From: an uncultured Alphaproteobacteria bacterium
Lineage (GTDB): Bacteria; Pseudomonadota; Alphaproteobacteria; Rs-D84
Direction of reading: 5' to 3'
Length of the DNA stretch: 64,000 nucleotides
Assembly: GCA_946623825.1 (NCBI GenBank)
Contig: CAMORN010000002.1
Span: forward strand, 20,237 to 84,236
Below the pieces are notes generated by a model, which saw only the letters and a program-made list of their open reading frames with translations, had not been told where the DNA came from and did not search any database. Below, one piece after another: positions 50,493 through 60,355 of the stretch (within the stretch, counting starts at the first letter, position 1; every line of letters starts with the position of its first letter). The position numbers and the translations under genes are program-made.

Positions 50493-51319
50493 TATTTTAT
50501 TCCTTTGTATTTATCACCTTTGACCCAAGAGGCAGACGAATTTGCTGTTTTTTTATAAAATACAGATTCTGTGTTTTCGGTTGTTTCAAGCCATGGTAAA
50601 TGTGTTGCTGTCATGTTGCCCGCTGTACGAATAGCACTGTAAAAAGTATCAGAATGCATTTTCATTTTACCCGGACGATACAATGCAAATGTTGTGTCTA
50701 TATTTGCCAGATATAAATCTTTATCAATTTGATTTTGCCAGAATTGTTTTTCCCATTTTTTTACAGTTTTATTTTTTTCTGTATTTGGTAAATTTTTTAT
50801 GTTTAATGCAAATCCAACCTTGGTTATATATGGGTATGTGCAAAGTATTTTATATAAATGTTTTATGAAATCTTTTGGCAGTTTTTTATTTGGTGCAATA
50901 TCACAATCTGAAACTATATAACATTTATTTTTTATAATATCGTCAAATTCACCAGAATCCCATACAACCGTATGACCATAGTTTTTATCCATATGATGAA
51001 CAATACAATCTGATTTATTCAGATAATTTAACAAGGGTTTATAACTTGATTGATTATCAACAATATGTATGTTTTTGAAACCGTATTTTTTTAACCAATC
51101 AACCATCTGTTTTACATATGACAATTGATTATAAGAAATTATAAACACAGGTGTATTATATACATCATTAAAATCATATGAAATTTTGTGTTTGGCTTTT
51201 GATACAGACCGGTTTAATAAATAGTTTTTTAATTTTATATGTCTTGTCTGTTTGTTAAACATATATAAAATTTGCAGCAATCTGTATCTGAAATCACGAA
51301 AAGGCTTTATATGATTCAT
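50492..51319 (-). CDS. Putative glycosyltransferase (GT2-like N-terminal motif)
   Basis: VFIISYNQLSYVKQMVDWL...IHIVDNQSSY resembles the GT2 xSxxTYNxx...VDNxS pattern. Weak. Confidence 0.35.
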   Translation of the reverse strand: MNHIKPFRDFRYRLLQILYMFNKQTRHIKLKNYLLNRSVSKAKHKISYDFNDVYNTPVFIISYNQLSYVKQMVDWLKKYGFKNIHIVDNQSSYKPLLNYLNKSDCIVHHMDKNYGHTVVWDSGEFDDIIKNKCYIVSDCDIAPNKKLPKDFIKHLYKILCTYPYITKVGFALNIKNLPNTEKNKTVKKWEKQFWQNQIDKDLYLANIDTTFALYRPGKMKMHSDTFYSAIRTAGNMTATHLPWLETTENTESVFYKKTANSSASWVKGDKYKGIK

Positions 51320-51434
51320 ATTTATCCACTATTTTTGACAAAACATAAAAATCAAACGGTCATTTGTTTTTTATAAAAATACTATACAAACAAGTTTCCT
51401 TAAAATCAAGTCTGGGTTATTGGTTATATTTAGG

Positions 51435-51462
51435 TTGATTTTTTGTCGCACACGGGTATAAT
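51435..51462 (+). promoter_or_regulatory. Sigma-70-like promoter for tRNA-Thr
   Basis: -35 TTGATT (51435-40), 16-bp spacer, -10 TATAAT (51457-62). The tRNA begins 10 nt downstream. Confidence 0.45.
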
Positions 51463-51472
51463 AAGAGCCGTT

Positions 51473-51546
51473 GCCCTAATAGTCTAGTGGTAAAACACGT
51501 CCTTGGTAAGGACGAGTCGCAAGTCCGATTCTTGCTTAGGGCACCA
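51473..51546 (+). tRNA. tRNA-Thr (GGU)
   Basis: GCCCUAAUAGUCUAGUGGUAAAACACGUCCUUGGUAAGGACGAGUCGCAAGUCCGAUUCUUGCUUAGGGCACCA. Perfect acceptor stem, anticodon loop CUUGGUAAG as in E. coli Thr-GGU, encoded CCA. T-loop UCCGAUU (C55). Confidence 0.8.
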
Positions 51547-51818
51547 GAAACACATTATCTATTTTACAGTTGTTTGTAATAAATTTTCTAAAACTGGTTG
51601 AAAATTGGTTTTTTAGGGTATAAAATTACCACTGATTGATATATATTATGTGTTGATACGATTAACGCCCGTGGAATGTGATATATTATCAAACGAGTAA
51701 AAAAAGCAGGGTGGCACCGCGCGAAAAAATCTTAGCGCCCCTGACATTTAAGATTTGAATTGGTGCCGTATCTCAGAATTATCTTTATGGCACCGAAACA
51801 AAACATAAGGTGTAAAAA

Positions 51819-53588
51819 ATGATGTCTTTAAAATCTAAATACAGGACTCATACCTGTGGCGAATTGACCGAAAAAAATGTCGGTGAAGTTGTCACTTTGT
51901 CTGGTTGGGTTCATCGTAAACGCGATCATGGTTCACTTTTGTTCGTAGATTTGCGTGATAATTATGGTATAACACAATGCGTGTTTGATGGTGGTGATGA
52001 AAATCTTGAAAGAATTCACCCTGAATCTGTTATTCAAATCACTGGTACTGTTGTTGCTCGTGATAAAGAAGCAATAAATGACAAAATTCCAACCGGTCAT
52101 ATTGAAATTAAATCTCAAAAATGGGACGTTTTGACCAGTGCGGAAGTTTTGCCTTTCCCTGTGTTTGGTGATGAAGATACAGGTGAAGAATTGCGTTATA
52201 AATATCGCTTCCTTGATTTGCGTCGTGAAAAATTACATCACAATATTTTAATGCGCAACAAAATGATTAAATGGATGCGTGATAAAATGTGGGAATTGGG
52301 TTTTTCAGAATTCCAAACACCATTACTTACTGCGGATTCACCAGAAGGCGCACGTTGTTTCTTGGTGCCAAGTCGTTTGAACCATGGTAAATTTTATGCG
52401 TTGCCTCAGGCACCCCAGATGTTTAAACAATTGTTGCAAGTATCTGGTTTCGACAGATATTTCCAAATTGCACCATGTTTCCGTGATGAAGATTTGCGTT
52501 CTGACAGATTGTTGGAATTCTATCAATTAGATGTGGAAATGTCTTTCGTTGATTTGCCTGAAATTTGGGCGGTTGGTGAAACAGTTATTCCTGAATTGAT
52601 TAAAACTTTCGCACCTGATGCAAATGTGTATCCAGAAATTCCACATATTTCATTTGATGATGCTATGTTGAAATATGGTTCCGATAAACCAGATTTAAGA
52701 AACCCTATTTTGATTAGTGATGTATCTGAAATATTCCGTGGTTCTGAATTCGGTATATTTGCAAATGCAGTTGAAAACGGTTCTGTGATTCGTGCGATAC
52801 CTGCACCAAATTCTGCGGATAAACCACGCTCGTGGTTTGATAAATTGGGTGAATATGCAACCAAAGAATTGGGGTTGGGCGGATTGGCTTATATCGTATT
52901 TGCCGATGAACCAAAGGGACCTGTTGCAAAGAAATTAGATGCAGATCGTATCGCAAAATTGAAAGAAATTGCAGGTGATAATTCTTCTTTGTTCTTTGTA
53001 TGCGATGCCGAAGAACCTGCGTCAAAGGCAGCGGGTAAATTGCGCAACAAATTGGGTGCTGATTTGGGTTTGATAAACCCACGCGATTTCGCAATTTGCT
53101 GGGTTGATGAATTCCCATTCTTTGAACCAGATGAAGATCGTGGTGGCGCACCTAAATTTACACACAATCCATTCTCTTATCCAATTGCTACATTGGAAGA
53201 ATTGGAAACAAAAGACCCATTTTCTATCAAGGCAGCACAATTTGATATGGTTATAAACGGTATTGAAATGTGCAGTGGTGGTCTGCGTAATTATAACCCA
53301 GAAATCATGAAAAAATGTTTTGATATTGCGGGATACCCAATCGAAGCAGTCGAGAAAAACTTTTCTGCTTTATACACAGCGTTCAAATATGGCGCACCAC
53401 CACACGGTGGATTCGGATTTGGTATTGACCGTTTGATTTCTGAAATCTTGGGCACGGGTGAAAGTTTGCGTGAAACAGTTGCGTTCCCTGCAAACCAACG
53501 CGGACAAGATTTGTTGATGGGTTCCCCGAACGAAGTCAGTGAACAACAATTGCGTGATGTTCATATCAAGATTCGTACAAAGGGATAA
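51819..53588 (+). CDS. aspS: Aspartate--tRNA ligase
   Basis: 589 aa with an N-terminal OB anticodon-binding domain and class II motifs (FRDEDLRSDR, GGFGFGIDRL). Confidence 0.95.
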   Translation: MMSLKSKYRTHTCGELTEKNVGEVVTLSGWVHRKRDHGSLLFVDLRDNYGITQCVFDGGDENLERIHPESVIQITGTVVARDKEAINDKIPTGHIEIKSQKWDVLTSAEVLPFPVFGDEDTGEELRYKYRFLDLRREKLHHNILMRNKMIKWMRDKMWELGFSEFQTPLLTADSPEGARCFLVPSRLNHGKFYALPQAPQMFKQLLQVSGFDRYFQIAPCFRDEDLRSDRLLEFYQLDVEMSFVDLPEIWAVGETVIPELIKTFAPDANVYPEIPHISFDDAMLKYGSDKPDLRNPILISDVSEIFRGSEFGIFANAVENGSVIRAIPAPNSADKPRSWFDKLGEYATKELGLGGLAYIVFADEPKGPVAKKLDADRIAKLKEIAGDNSSLFFVCDAEEPASKAAGKLRNKLGADLGLINPRDFAICWVDEFPFFEPDEDRGGAPKFTHNPFSYPIATLEELETKDPFSIKAAQFDMVINGIEMCSGGLRNYNPEIMKKCFDIAGYPIEAVEKNFSALYTAFKYGAPPHGGFGFGIDRLISEILGTGESLRETVAFPANQRGQDLLMGSPNEVSEQQLRDVHIKIRTKG

Positions 53589-53603
53589 ACCAAAATAGCT
53601 TGA

Positions 53604-53640
53604 ATTAAATAACCCCGATTTTTTCGGGGTTATTTTTTTA
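53604..53640. terminator. Bidirectional terminator between convergent aspS and the AsmA-like gene
   Basis: ATAACCCCGA-TTTTTT-TCGGGGTTAT followed by TTTTTTT. Confidence 0.65.
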
Positions 53641-56118
53641 TCAGAATTTATCGTGAGATTTTGTAAAACTGCGCATATATTCAGGATCAAAATTTAACAT
53701 TATTTCATGTAATGAATATTTGCGCGTACCGTCTGGATTAATTATTAATTCTATTGGTGATGGGCCTGCAGATGTTCCACGCAAAACAAGTTTCGAATTT
53801 ACAAACATTTTGTTGTTTATAATTTCCATTTCGCCGATTGCATCAATGTGTTTCATTGATAACAAAATAGGAGAAGTTGTTTTTATTTTATCTTTTTCAT
53901 ATGTTCCGATAATTCGCATTGTTTTGATTTGGGTTGTGCCACCTTCCAATGCTTTGGCAAGGGCGAATTCTGCGTTTAATATAGTCAGATTTTGTGCAGA
54001 CGCATAAAATTCATCAAACCCCATGCCATATAAAATTCCACCATTGAATGTTAAATCAAAATCGCCATGTAAATTATCAAATATATCGTGTGCTATTTTT
54101 CCAGAAGTTTGCAGATTTATTTCTGCGGTCAATGAAAAATCTGATATGTTTAAAGGCATATCTTGTTTCAATAATTGTTTTCTCATAACAAATTTATTTA
54201 ATTGAACATTGATATCATAATTTATGTTGTTCTTTTTTATAATTGCTAATAAATTTCCACGGTCAGAATCACTGATTGAAAAAGTTTGTGTTTTTGGTTT
54301 TAATGAATACACAAAATTATCAAATTTTTGTTTGTTATAAATCAATTTATTTGCAGATAATGATAATTCAATATCTATATCAAATGGTATTGTTATCGGA
54401 GAAACTGTAAAGAAAGATAATTCTTCATAATTTTTTATAAAATATTCATCTGTGAAAGCGTCCATGTTTAAGATATCTGTTTTTAATGTTATGTTTTTAC
54501 CAGACGCAGAACCTTTGAATGTATGTCCTGCAATTTCCAATGTCAAATCAGATATATTTCCGTTCTTATAGTTTCCATACACAACATATGATAAATTTTT
54601 TATTGAACGCAAATCGAGTTCAGGAAACCATTTCTTGAAATTTTCACCGCTGATTTTAAATAAATCTTTATTCATTTGGAAATACCATGTTTTTGAATTT
54701 GGAACAAATGTTATTGAATTGTTTTTCCATACCAGATTGCCGTTTTCTGTTTTCATAAATTCAGGTAAAAATGGTAAATCTATATTGGCCCATGTTAAAT
54801 TTTTATTTACAGCATAATCATATTGAAAATATGTTTTATCATCATCTATTTTGACAGAACCAATTAAATCAGGGAAAGTAAAATTGATGATACCTTCGTC
54901 CCCAATTCTTTTTGCAGAATTTATGATTTTATTCATATCATAATCATCATACAATGAAGATACATTTATAACAAAATCATCGTCATCAACACTGATGTTG
55001 CCGGCAAATTGATTGCCATATATAATATCTGTGCATGACCATTTGTTTGGTGTGCCATTAAAAATACATTGTGTTTCAACACCGTTTTCAGGTAATGATA
55101 TTTTTACATCATGTGCGCCATATTGGTCTATATAACCGCCACTGATTTTTAATGTGTCTGCAATAATTTTGTTTATTTGTATTTTGTCTTGATGACCAAC
55201 TATATTCACATATAAATGTTTGAATGTTTTATCCATAAATTTTATTTTACCGGTTAAATCTAAATCAAAACTGCCACCTTGTAAAAGGTCGATATCTTGC
55301 AAAATAAAATCAAGATTATAATCTGCATTATTTGTTTTCAATTTTACAATTTTATAACCGTCTTCTTGTAAGATTGCGCTGCCCGATATGCCGTTTGCAG
55401 ATATGTTTTCAAATTTAACCCCATAACCGCCATTCCATGTTAAGTCAGCGGTTATTGGGAATTTGCCATTGATTTTTGGTTTATCAAATTCAAACCATTT
55501 ATTTATATTTTGTGCTGTTATGCTGATTTTAGCGTTCGCGCTGCCATCTGAATTTAAAGTCCCGTATAAATCAAGGTTATTGTTTTTATTTTTTATATGG
55601 AAATTATTGTTTTCAGATTTAATGTCGTATTTATGTTGGTCTGTGCGAACAATCGCAGACATTTTGTCTTTTGATAATTTACCACTTATTATATTATATT
55701 CTTTGTTTAAAAATCTGATTTTAGAATCGTATATATTTACGGTACTGTTTATATAAAAAGGTACAATTTTATCAACTGAAAAAGAAGCACCATTTATTGT
55801 TATATCATCGCTTATATTTGCATTTCTGATATCGAAAATATTGTTGAAAGGAATTGTGAATTCTATGTCAGAAATAACCCCATTTGGCACAGATATATTA
55901 TGTGCAACAATTGTTGCGTGTCCCAATAAACTGAAATGAATATTGCCGTGGATTTCAGATTTTATACCTGTTTTATTGAATATAGCTGTTTCTATTTGTG
56001 GTTTTAAATTGTTCAGGTTTATCATAGGTGGAATTGTTATCAAAGATATGATTCCCAAAGCAATCAAGCCCGTTAAAAACAATATAAATTTAATAGCAAA
56101 ATTATTTTTTATAGACAT
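53641..56118 (-). CDS. AsmA-family protein (inner-membrane anchored, large periplasmic domain)
   Basis: N-terminal TM FILFLTGLIALGIISLITIP followed by NLNNLKPQIETAIFNKTGIKSEIHGNIHFSLLGHATIVAHNISV, typical of the AsmA N-terminal domain; 825 aa. Confidence 0.5.
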   Translation of the reverse strand: MSIKNNFAIKFILFLTGLIALGIISLITIPPMINLNNLKPQIETAIFNKTGIKSEIHGNIHFSLLGHATIVAHNISVPNGVISDIEFTIPFNNIFDIRNANISDDITINGASFSVDKIVPFYINSTVNIYDSKIRFLNKEYNIISGKLSKDKMSAIVRTDQHKYDIKSENNNFHIKNKNNNLDLYGTLNSDGSANAKISITAQNINKWFEFDKPKINGKFPITADLTWNGGYGVKFENISANGISGSAILQEDGYKIVKLKTNNADYNLDFILQDIDLLQGGSFDLDLTGKIKFMDKTFKHLYVNIVGHQDKIQINKIIADTLKISGGYIDQYGAHDVKISLPENGVETQCIFNGTPNKWSCTDIIYGNQFAGNISVDDDDFVINVSSLYDDYDMNKIINSAKRIGDEGIINFTFPDLIGSVKIDDDKTYFQYDYAVNKNLTWANIDLPFLPEFMKTENGNLVWKNNSITFVPNSKTWYFQMNKDLFKISGENFKKWFPELDLRSIKNLSYVVYGNYKNGNISDLTLEIAGHTFKGSASGKNITLKTDILNMDAFTDEYFIKNYEELSFFTVSPITIPFDIDIELSLSANKLIYNKQKFDNFVYSLKPKTQTFSISDSDRGNLLAIIKKNNINYDINVQLNKFVMRKQLLKQDMPLNISDFSLTAEINLQTSGKIAHDIFDNLHGDFDLTFNGGILYGMGFDEFYASAQNLTILNAEFALAKALEGGTTQIKTMRIIGTYEKDKIKTTSPILLSMKHIDAIGEMEIINNKMFVNSKLVLRGTSAGPSPIELIINPDGTRKYSLHEIMLNFDPEYMRSFTKSHDKF

Positions 56119-56181
56119 ATTCTCTTTCCTTGTATTTTTATTATAATGAATTATATTATGGTATGTGAATAAAAAAATTTA

Positions 56182-58176
56182 ATGAAAACAAAAGAAAGTG
56201 TTTTTTCGTTAGAATCAGATTATGCCCCAATGGGTGATCAACCAACGGCGATTGCTGAATTGGTTGCTGGTGTTAATGAGGGTAAAAAATCTCAGGTTTT
56301 ATTGGGGGTAACTGGGTCTGGGAAAACATTTACGATGGCAAATGTTATCCAAGAATTATCCCGTCCAACTATAATTATGGCACCAAATAAAATTTTGGCT
56401 GCGCAATTATATACGGAAATGAAATCTTTCTTTCCAAGAAATCATGTTGAATATTTCGTTTCTTTTTATGATTACTATCAACCAGAAGCATATGTTCCAA
56501 CCACAGATACATATATAGATAAAGATGCGGCTATTAATGAACAATTGGACCGTATGCGACACAGTGCAACACGCGCGATGCTTGAAGAAAAAGATGTTAT
56601 TGTTGTTTCATCTGTGTCGTCTATTTACGGTATTGGTTCGCCAGAACAATATGCCCAGATGAAATTAGTATTGAATACCAGTGATAAAATATCCGAAAAA
56701 GATGTTGCGCGGTATTTGGTAGATATTCAATATAAAAGAAACGATATGGGATTTTCGCGCGGCGAATTCCGTGTTCGTGGTGATACATTAGATGTTTTCC
56801 CATCTCATTCTCAGGACAGGGCATGGAAAATATCTTTTTTTGGAGATGAAGTTGATGAAATCTGGGAAATAGATGTTTTGACTGGTAATAAATTACAAAA
56901 ATTAAGCAGAATTTCTATTTATCCAAATACACACTATGCGACACCTATGCCATCTGTATTACAGGCGTTGGATCAAATTAAAATAGATTTAGATGAACGG
57001 TTAAAATATTTTCATGATAATATGAAATATATAGAAGAACAGAGATTACGCGAACGTGTTAATTTTGATATTGAAATGATGGAATCTACGGGAACTTGTC
57101 GCGGAATTGAAAATTATTCAAGATATATGACGGGCAGATTACCGGGACAACCACCGCCAACTTTGTTTGAATATTTACCAGATGATGCGGTTTTGTTTAT
57201 AGATGAAAGCCATGTTACTGTGCCACAAATTGGCGCTATGTCGCGTGGTGATCGCGCACGCAAAGAAACATTAGCGCAATATGGTTTCAGATTACCATCA
57301 TGTGTTGATAACAGACCACTTACATTTGATGAATGGGACGCGTTGCGCCCACAGACAATATTTGTGTCTGCTACACCTGCACAATGGGAATTGGAACAAT
57401 CTGGTGGAATTGTATCTGAACAGGTTATTCGTCCAACTGGATTATTAGACCCAATTTGTGATGTTCGTCCAACACAAAATCAGGTTGATGATTTATTAAA
57501 TCAGGTTAAACAGACAAAAGGTCGTGTTATTGTAACAACTTTGACCAAGAAAATGGCTGAACAATTGACAGATTATTTTGTTGAAAATGGTGTTCGTGCG
57601 CGTTATCTGCACAGTGATATAGAAACACTTGAAAGAATTGATTTGTTGCGTGATTTAAGATTGGGAAAATACGATGTTTTGGTTGGAATTAATTTGTTAA
57701 GGGAAGGTCTGGATGTCCCAGAATGCGAATTGGTTGCAATTATGGATGCTGATAAAGAAGGATTTTTGCGTTCAACCCGTTCGTTGATTCAGACAATTGG
57801 TCGTGCGGCTAGAAATGCAAATGGTCGTGTTATTTTATATGCAGATAAGATAACCGATTCTATGAAAGAAGCATTGACCGAGACAGCCCGTCGTCGTGAA
57901 AAACAACAAAAATATAACGAAGAACATGGAATAGTACCTAAAACAATTGCGAAATCTGTTTTTGACGAGGTTGTAATTGATCAAGGAAAAACTGACAAAG
58001 CAAAAAGATTTGTGTATAATAAGAATGGTGTTATGGATGCTGAATCTTTACGCAAGGAAATAAAAGCTTTGACCAAGAAAATGTTAAAGCATGCTGAAAA
58101 TCTTGAATTTGAAGAAGCGGCAGAAATACGCGATACAATTCATAAACTCGAAGATGATTTATTATTATTGGAATAA
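56182..58176 (+). CDS. uvrB: Excinuclease ABC subunit B
   Basis: Helicase motifs ([19 protein letters not shown]) and a C-terminal UVR domain ([17 protein letters not shown]). Confidence 0.95.
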   Translation: MKTKESVFSLESDYAPMGDQPTAIAELVAGVNEGKKSQVLLGVTGSGKTFTMANVIQELSRPTIIMAPNKILAAQLYTEMKSFFPRNHVEYFVSFYDYYQPEAYVPTTDTYIDKDAAINEQLDRMRHSATRAMLEEKDVIVVSSVSSIYGIGSPEQYAQMKLVLNTSDKISEKDVARYLVDIQYKRNDMGFSRGEFRVRGDTLDVFPSHSQDRAWKISFFGDEVDEIWEIDVLTGNKLQKLSRISIYPNTHYATPMPSVLQALDQIKIDLDERLKYFHDNMKYIEEQRLRERVNFDIEMMESTGTCRGIENYSRYMTGRLPGQPPPTLFEYLPDDAVLFIDESHVTVPQIGAMSRGDRARKETLAQYGFRLPSCVDNRPLTFDEWDALRPQTIFVSATPAQWELEQSGGIVSEQVIRPTGLLDPICDVRPTQNQVDDLLNQVKQTKGRVIVTTLTKKMAEQLTDYFVENGVRARYLHSDIETLERIDLLRDLRLGKYDVLVGINLLREGLDVPECELVAIMDADKEGFLRSTRSLIQTIGRAARNANGRVILYADKITDSMKEALTETARRREKQQKYNEEHGIVPKTIAKSVFDEVVIDQGKTDKAKRFVYNKNGVMDAESLRKEIKALTKKMLKHAENLEFEEAAEIRDTIHKLEDDLLLLE

Positions 58177-58180
58177 AAAA

Positions 58181-58585
58181 ATGGAACAGAAAACTTTTAT
58201 TTTAAATAATGTTGAAGAAACAAGAAACTTTGCTCGTGAATTTGCAAAAACATTGCATGCACCAATAACTGTCGCTTTGCATGGTGATTTGGGTATGGGA
58301 AAAAGTGAAATTGCGCGCACAATTATAAAAACTTTGTGTGGCGAAGACACGGTTGTGCCAAGTCCTACATTTACATTGGTTCAAAATTATGATGGTATTT
58401 CACATTTTGATTTATACAGAATAGGGGACGAATCTGAATTGGAAGAAATTGGTCTGCAATATGCCATAGATAATGATATAACATTAATAGAATGGCCAGA
58501 TATCGCAAAAGATAAATTGCCATCGAATACCATACACATTTATATAACACAAAATGGTGATGGGCGTAAATTAGTGCTTCAATAA
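58181..58585 (+). CDS. tsaE: tRNA t6A37 threonylcarbamoyladenosine biosynthesis protein TsaE
   Basis: ITVALHGDLGMGKSEIART P-loop typical of TsaE/YjeE; about 134 aa from ATG 58181. The ORF-track start at 58091 overlaps uvrB. Confidence 0.8.
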   Translation: MEQKTFILNNVEETRNFAREFAKTLHAPITVALHGDLGMGKSEIARTIIKTLCGEDTVVPSPTFTLVQNYDGISHFDLYRIGDESELEEIGLQYAIDNDITLIEWPDIAKDKLPSNTIHIYITQNGDGRKLVLQ

Positions 58586-60355
58586 ATTTATGATTGCCAA
58601 TCTGAAATCTGGTGCATTCGCAAGATAAGAACCGGATACTAATAAATTCGCACCAGCATCCCAGCATAATTTTGCAGTATCTGGATTTATTCCACCATCA
58701 ACACTGATTAAATATTTTAAACCGTGTTTTTTTCTGGTGTAATCAAGCGCTTTGATTTTTTCAAGAACACTGTCTTCAAATTGTTGTCCCGCCGCCCCAG
58801 GTTTCACAGCCATAACCATAACTTCGTCAATGAAAGGCAACATATCTTTTATAAATGTTGCAGGAATATCTGGATTTAATGCAATTCCACAACGTTTTCC
58901 TGCTTTTTTTATAATTTTGATTGCGTTTTCTGTCCCCGGTGTTTCTGCAGGAATTATGATTGTATCTGCGCCGGCATTTATTGCGTCAGCTGCAACAATA
59001 GCAGGTGTTTGAACCATCAAATGTGTATGCAGATGCATACCTGTTTTTAATCTGATTTTTTCAAGTTCTTCTATGCTGCCAGCCATTCTGTCTACATATA
59101 AACCATCCATAATATCAACATGAATCATGGAAATGCCGCCAGATGCAAACATTGTATATGTTGATTTTTCATTCATATCAAAACAAAGTGTGCTTGGCAT
59201 GATTGGAACCAATTTATGTTTAGCTTTGATTTTTTTTCTTTTGAATTTTTTGAATATTTTATGAAATATTTCGGTTCTTGCATTTTGTTTTTTTATAAAT
59301 GTTTCGCGTTCTTCTTTGTGAGATTCCCATACATAATTTAATAACGCATTTAATGAAGCCATTTCACCGTGATTTTCAGTTGGTAATCCAAAATGTTTTT
59401 CCAAAAAAGAACCAATGTTTCGAATAGATGCACCACCACCAGAAAATATAATTTTGTTTGGTTTATATCTTTCAATGTATCTGGCAGATTCTTGTTTTAT
59501 CAAATTAATTAATTCAAGTATTTGTGGTTGAAAAACATCGTTTATGTCGGATCTTTGTATAGAAGCGAATCTGCCTGTTTCAGCCGCCGGACGGAATCTG
59601 TCATTTTCATTTGGGACGGTATCTGATATAGATATTTTTAAATCATCAGCATCTTTTTCAGATATATTTAATTTATCAGCCAATGCCATTGTAATATCGT
59701 TTTGTCCAAAAGGAATTTTTTTGATAAATAATGGTCCTTTGAAAAACCAGAGTGATACAGTTGTGTATTCTGCACCAAAATCTATAAACAAAGTTTTACC
59801 GTTTTTTGGCATATAAAGTTGACCTTGTAAAAAACATGGGTCAAAAAATCCGATTGGTTGTATGTGTGCGTTATGTAAAATATCAGTTATTTCTATTGTT
59901 TTATCTTCTGGGTAAGAAATAACACTGAAAACGCTTTTTAATTCTGTATCAACCTGATTTATTGGACTGGTTTTTATATCTGATTTAGTAGGCGTTCTGA
60001 ATAATACAGGTATAATATGCATTTTATAAAAACCGTCTTTGTTCGGGATTTTATCAATTTGCTTTTTTAAATCATATTCTGTTATTTGATGCGGAACACC
60101 AAATTGTTTTATTTGGGTTGATAATTGAAAATCAAGTTCACCAAAATTACCGGTTATATACGCGTTGTTAAAATGTGTCCCCAATTTTTGTTCAAGTTCG
60201 TCTATCACACTTTTTAAGGCAAAATTTGTGTTTTTATTTTTAACAAAATGAGCATAAGATTGTTCCATTTTGCCATTTATAACACGCGTTGCCAAACCGC
60301 ATACACCGTATGAACCAATATCTAGACATAAAATATACGATTTAGAAAAATTCAT
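58571..60355 (-). CDS. ftsA: FtsA (actin-like cell-division protein) fused in frame to ribulose-phosphate 3-epimerase
   Basis: Residues 1-360 follow the FtsA layout (LCLDIGSYGVCGL; LFIDFGAEYTTVSLWF..IPFGQNDITMALADKLNISEKDADDLK; IIFSGGGASIRNIGSFLEKHFGLPT). A basic amphipathic tail IFHKIFKKFKRKKIKAKHK follows. Residues 386-594 are a complete Rpe (MPSTLCFDMN...HVDIMDGLYV...MVMAVKPGAAGQQF...SVDGGIN) beginning at an internal ATG (59198-59200) with no intervening stop. Coupled to ftsQ upstream. Confidence 0.7.
   Translation of the reverse strand: MNFSKSYILCLDIGSYGVCGLATRVINGKMEQSYAHFVKNKNTNFALKSVIDELEQKLGTHFNNAYITGNFGELDFQLSTQIKQFGVPHQITEYDLKKQIDKIPNKDGFYKMHIIPVLFRTPTKSDIKTSPINQVDTELKSVFSVISYPEDKTIEITDILHNAHIQPIGFFDPCFLQGQLYMPKNGKTLFIDFGAEYTTVSLWFFKGPLFIKKIPFGQNDITMALADKLNISEKDADDLKISISDTVPNENDRFRPAAETGRFASIQRSDINDVFQPQILELINLIKQESARYIERYKPNKIIFSGGGASIRNIGSFLEKHFGLPTENHGEMASLNALLNYVWESHKEERETFIKKQNARTEIFHKIFKKFKRKKIKAKHKLVPIMPSTLCFDMNEKSTYTMFASGGISMIHVDIMDGLYVDRMAGSIEELEKIRLKTGMHLHTHLMVQTPAIVAADAINAGADTIIIPAETPGTENAIKIIKKAGKRCGIALNPDIPATFIKDMLPFIDEVMVMAVKPGAAGQQFEDSVLEKIKALDYTRKKHGLKYLISVDGGINPDTAKLCWDAGANLLVSGSYLANAPDFRLAIINLLKH

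Noticed and set aside
58091-58180. ORF-track N-terminal extension of tsaE overlapping the 3' end of uvrB.
   Set aside because: The conserved TsaE sequence begins at MEQKTF (ATG 58181), directly after the uvrB stop. The extension is an overlap-frame artefact.
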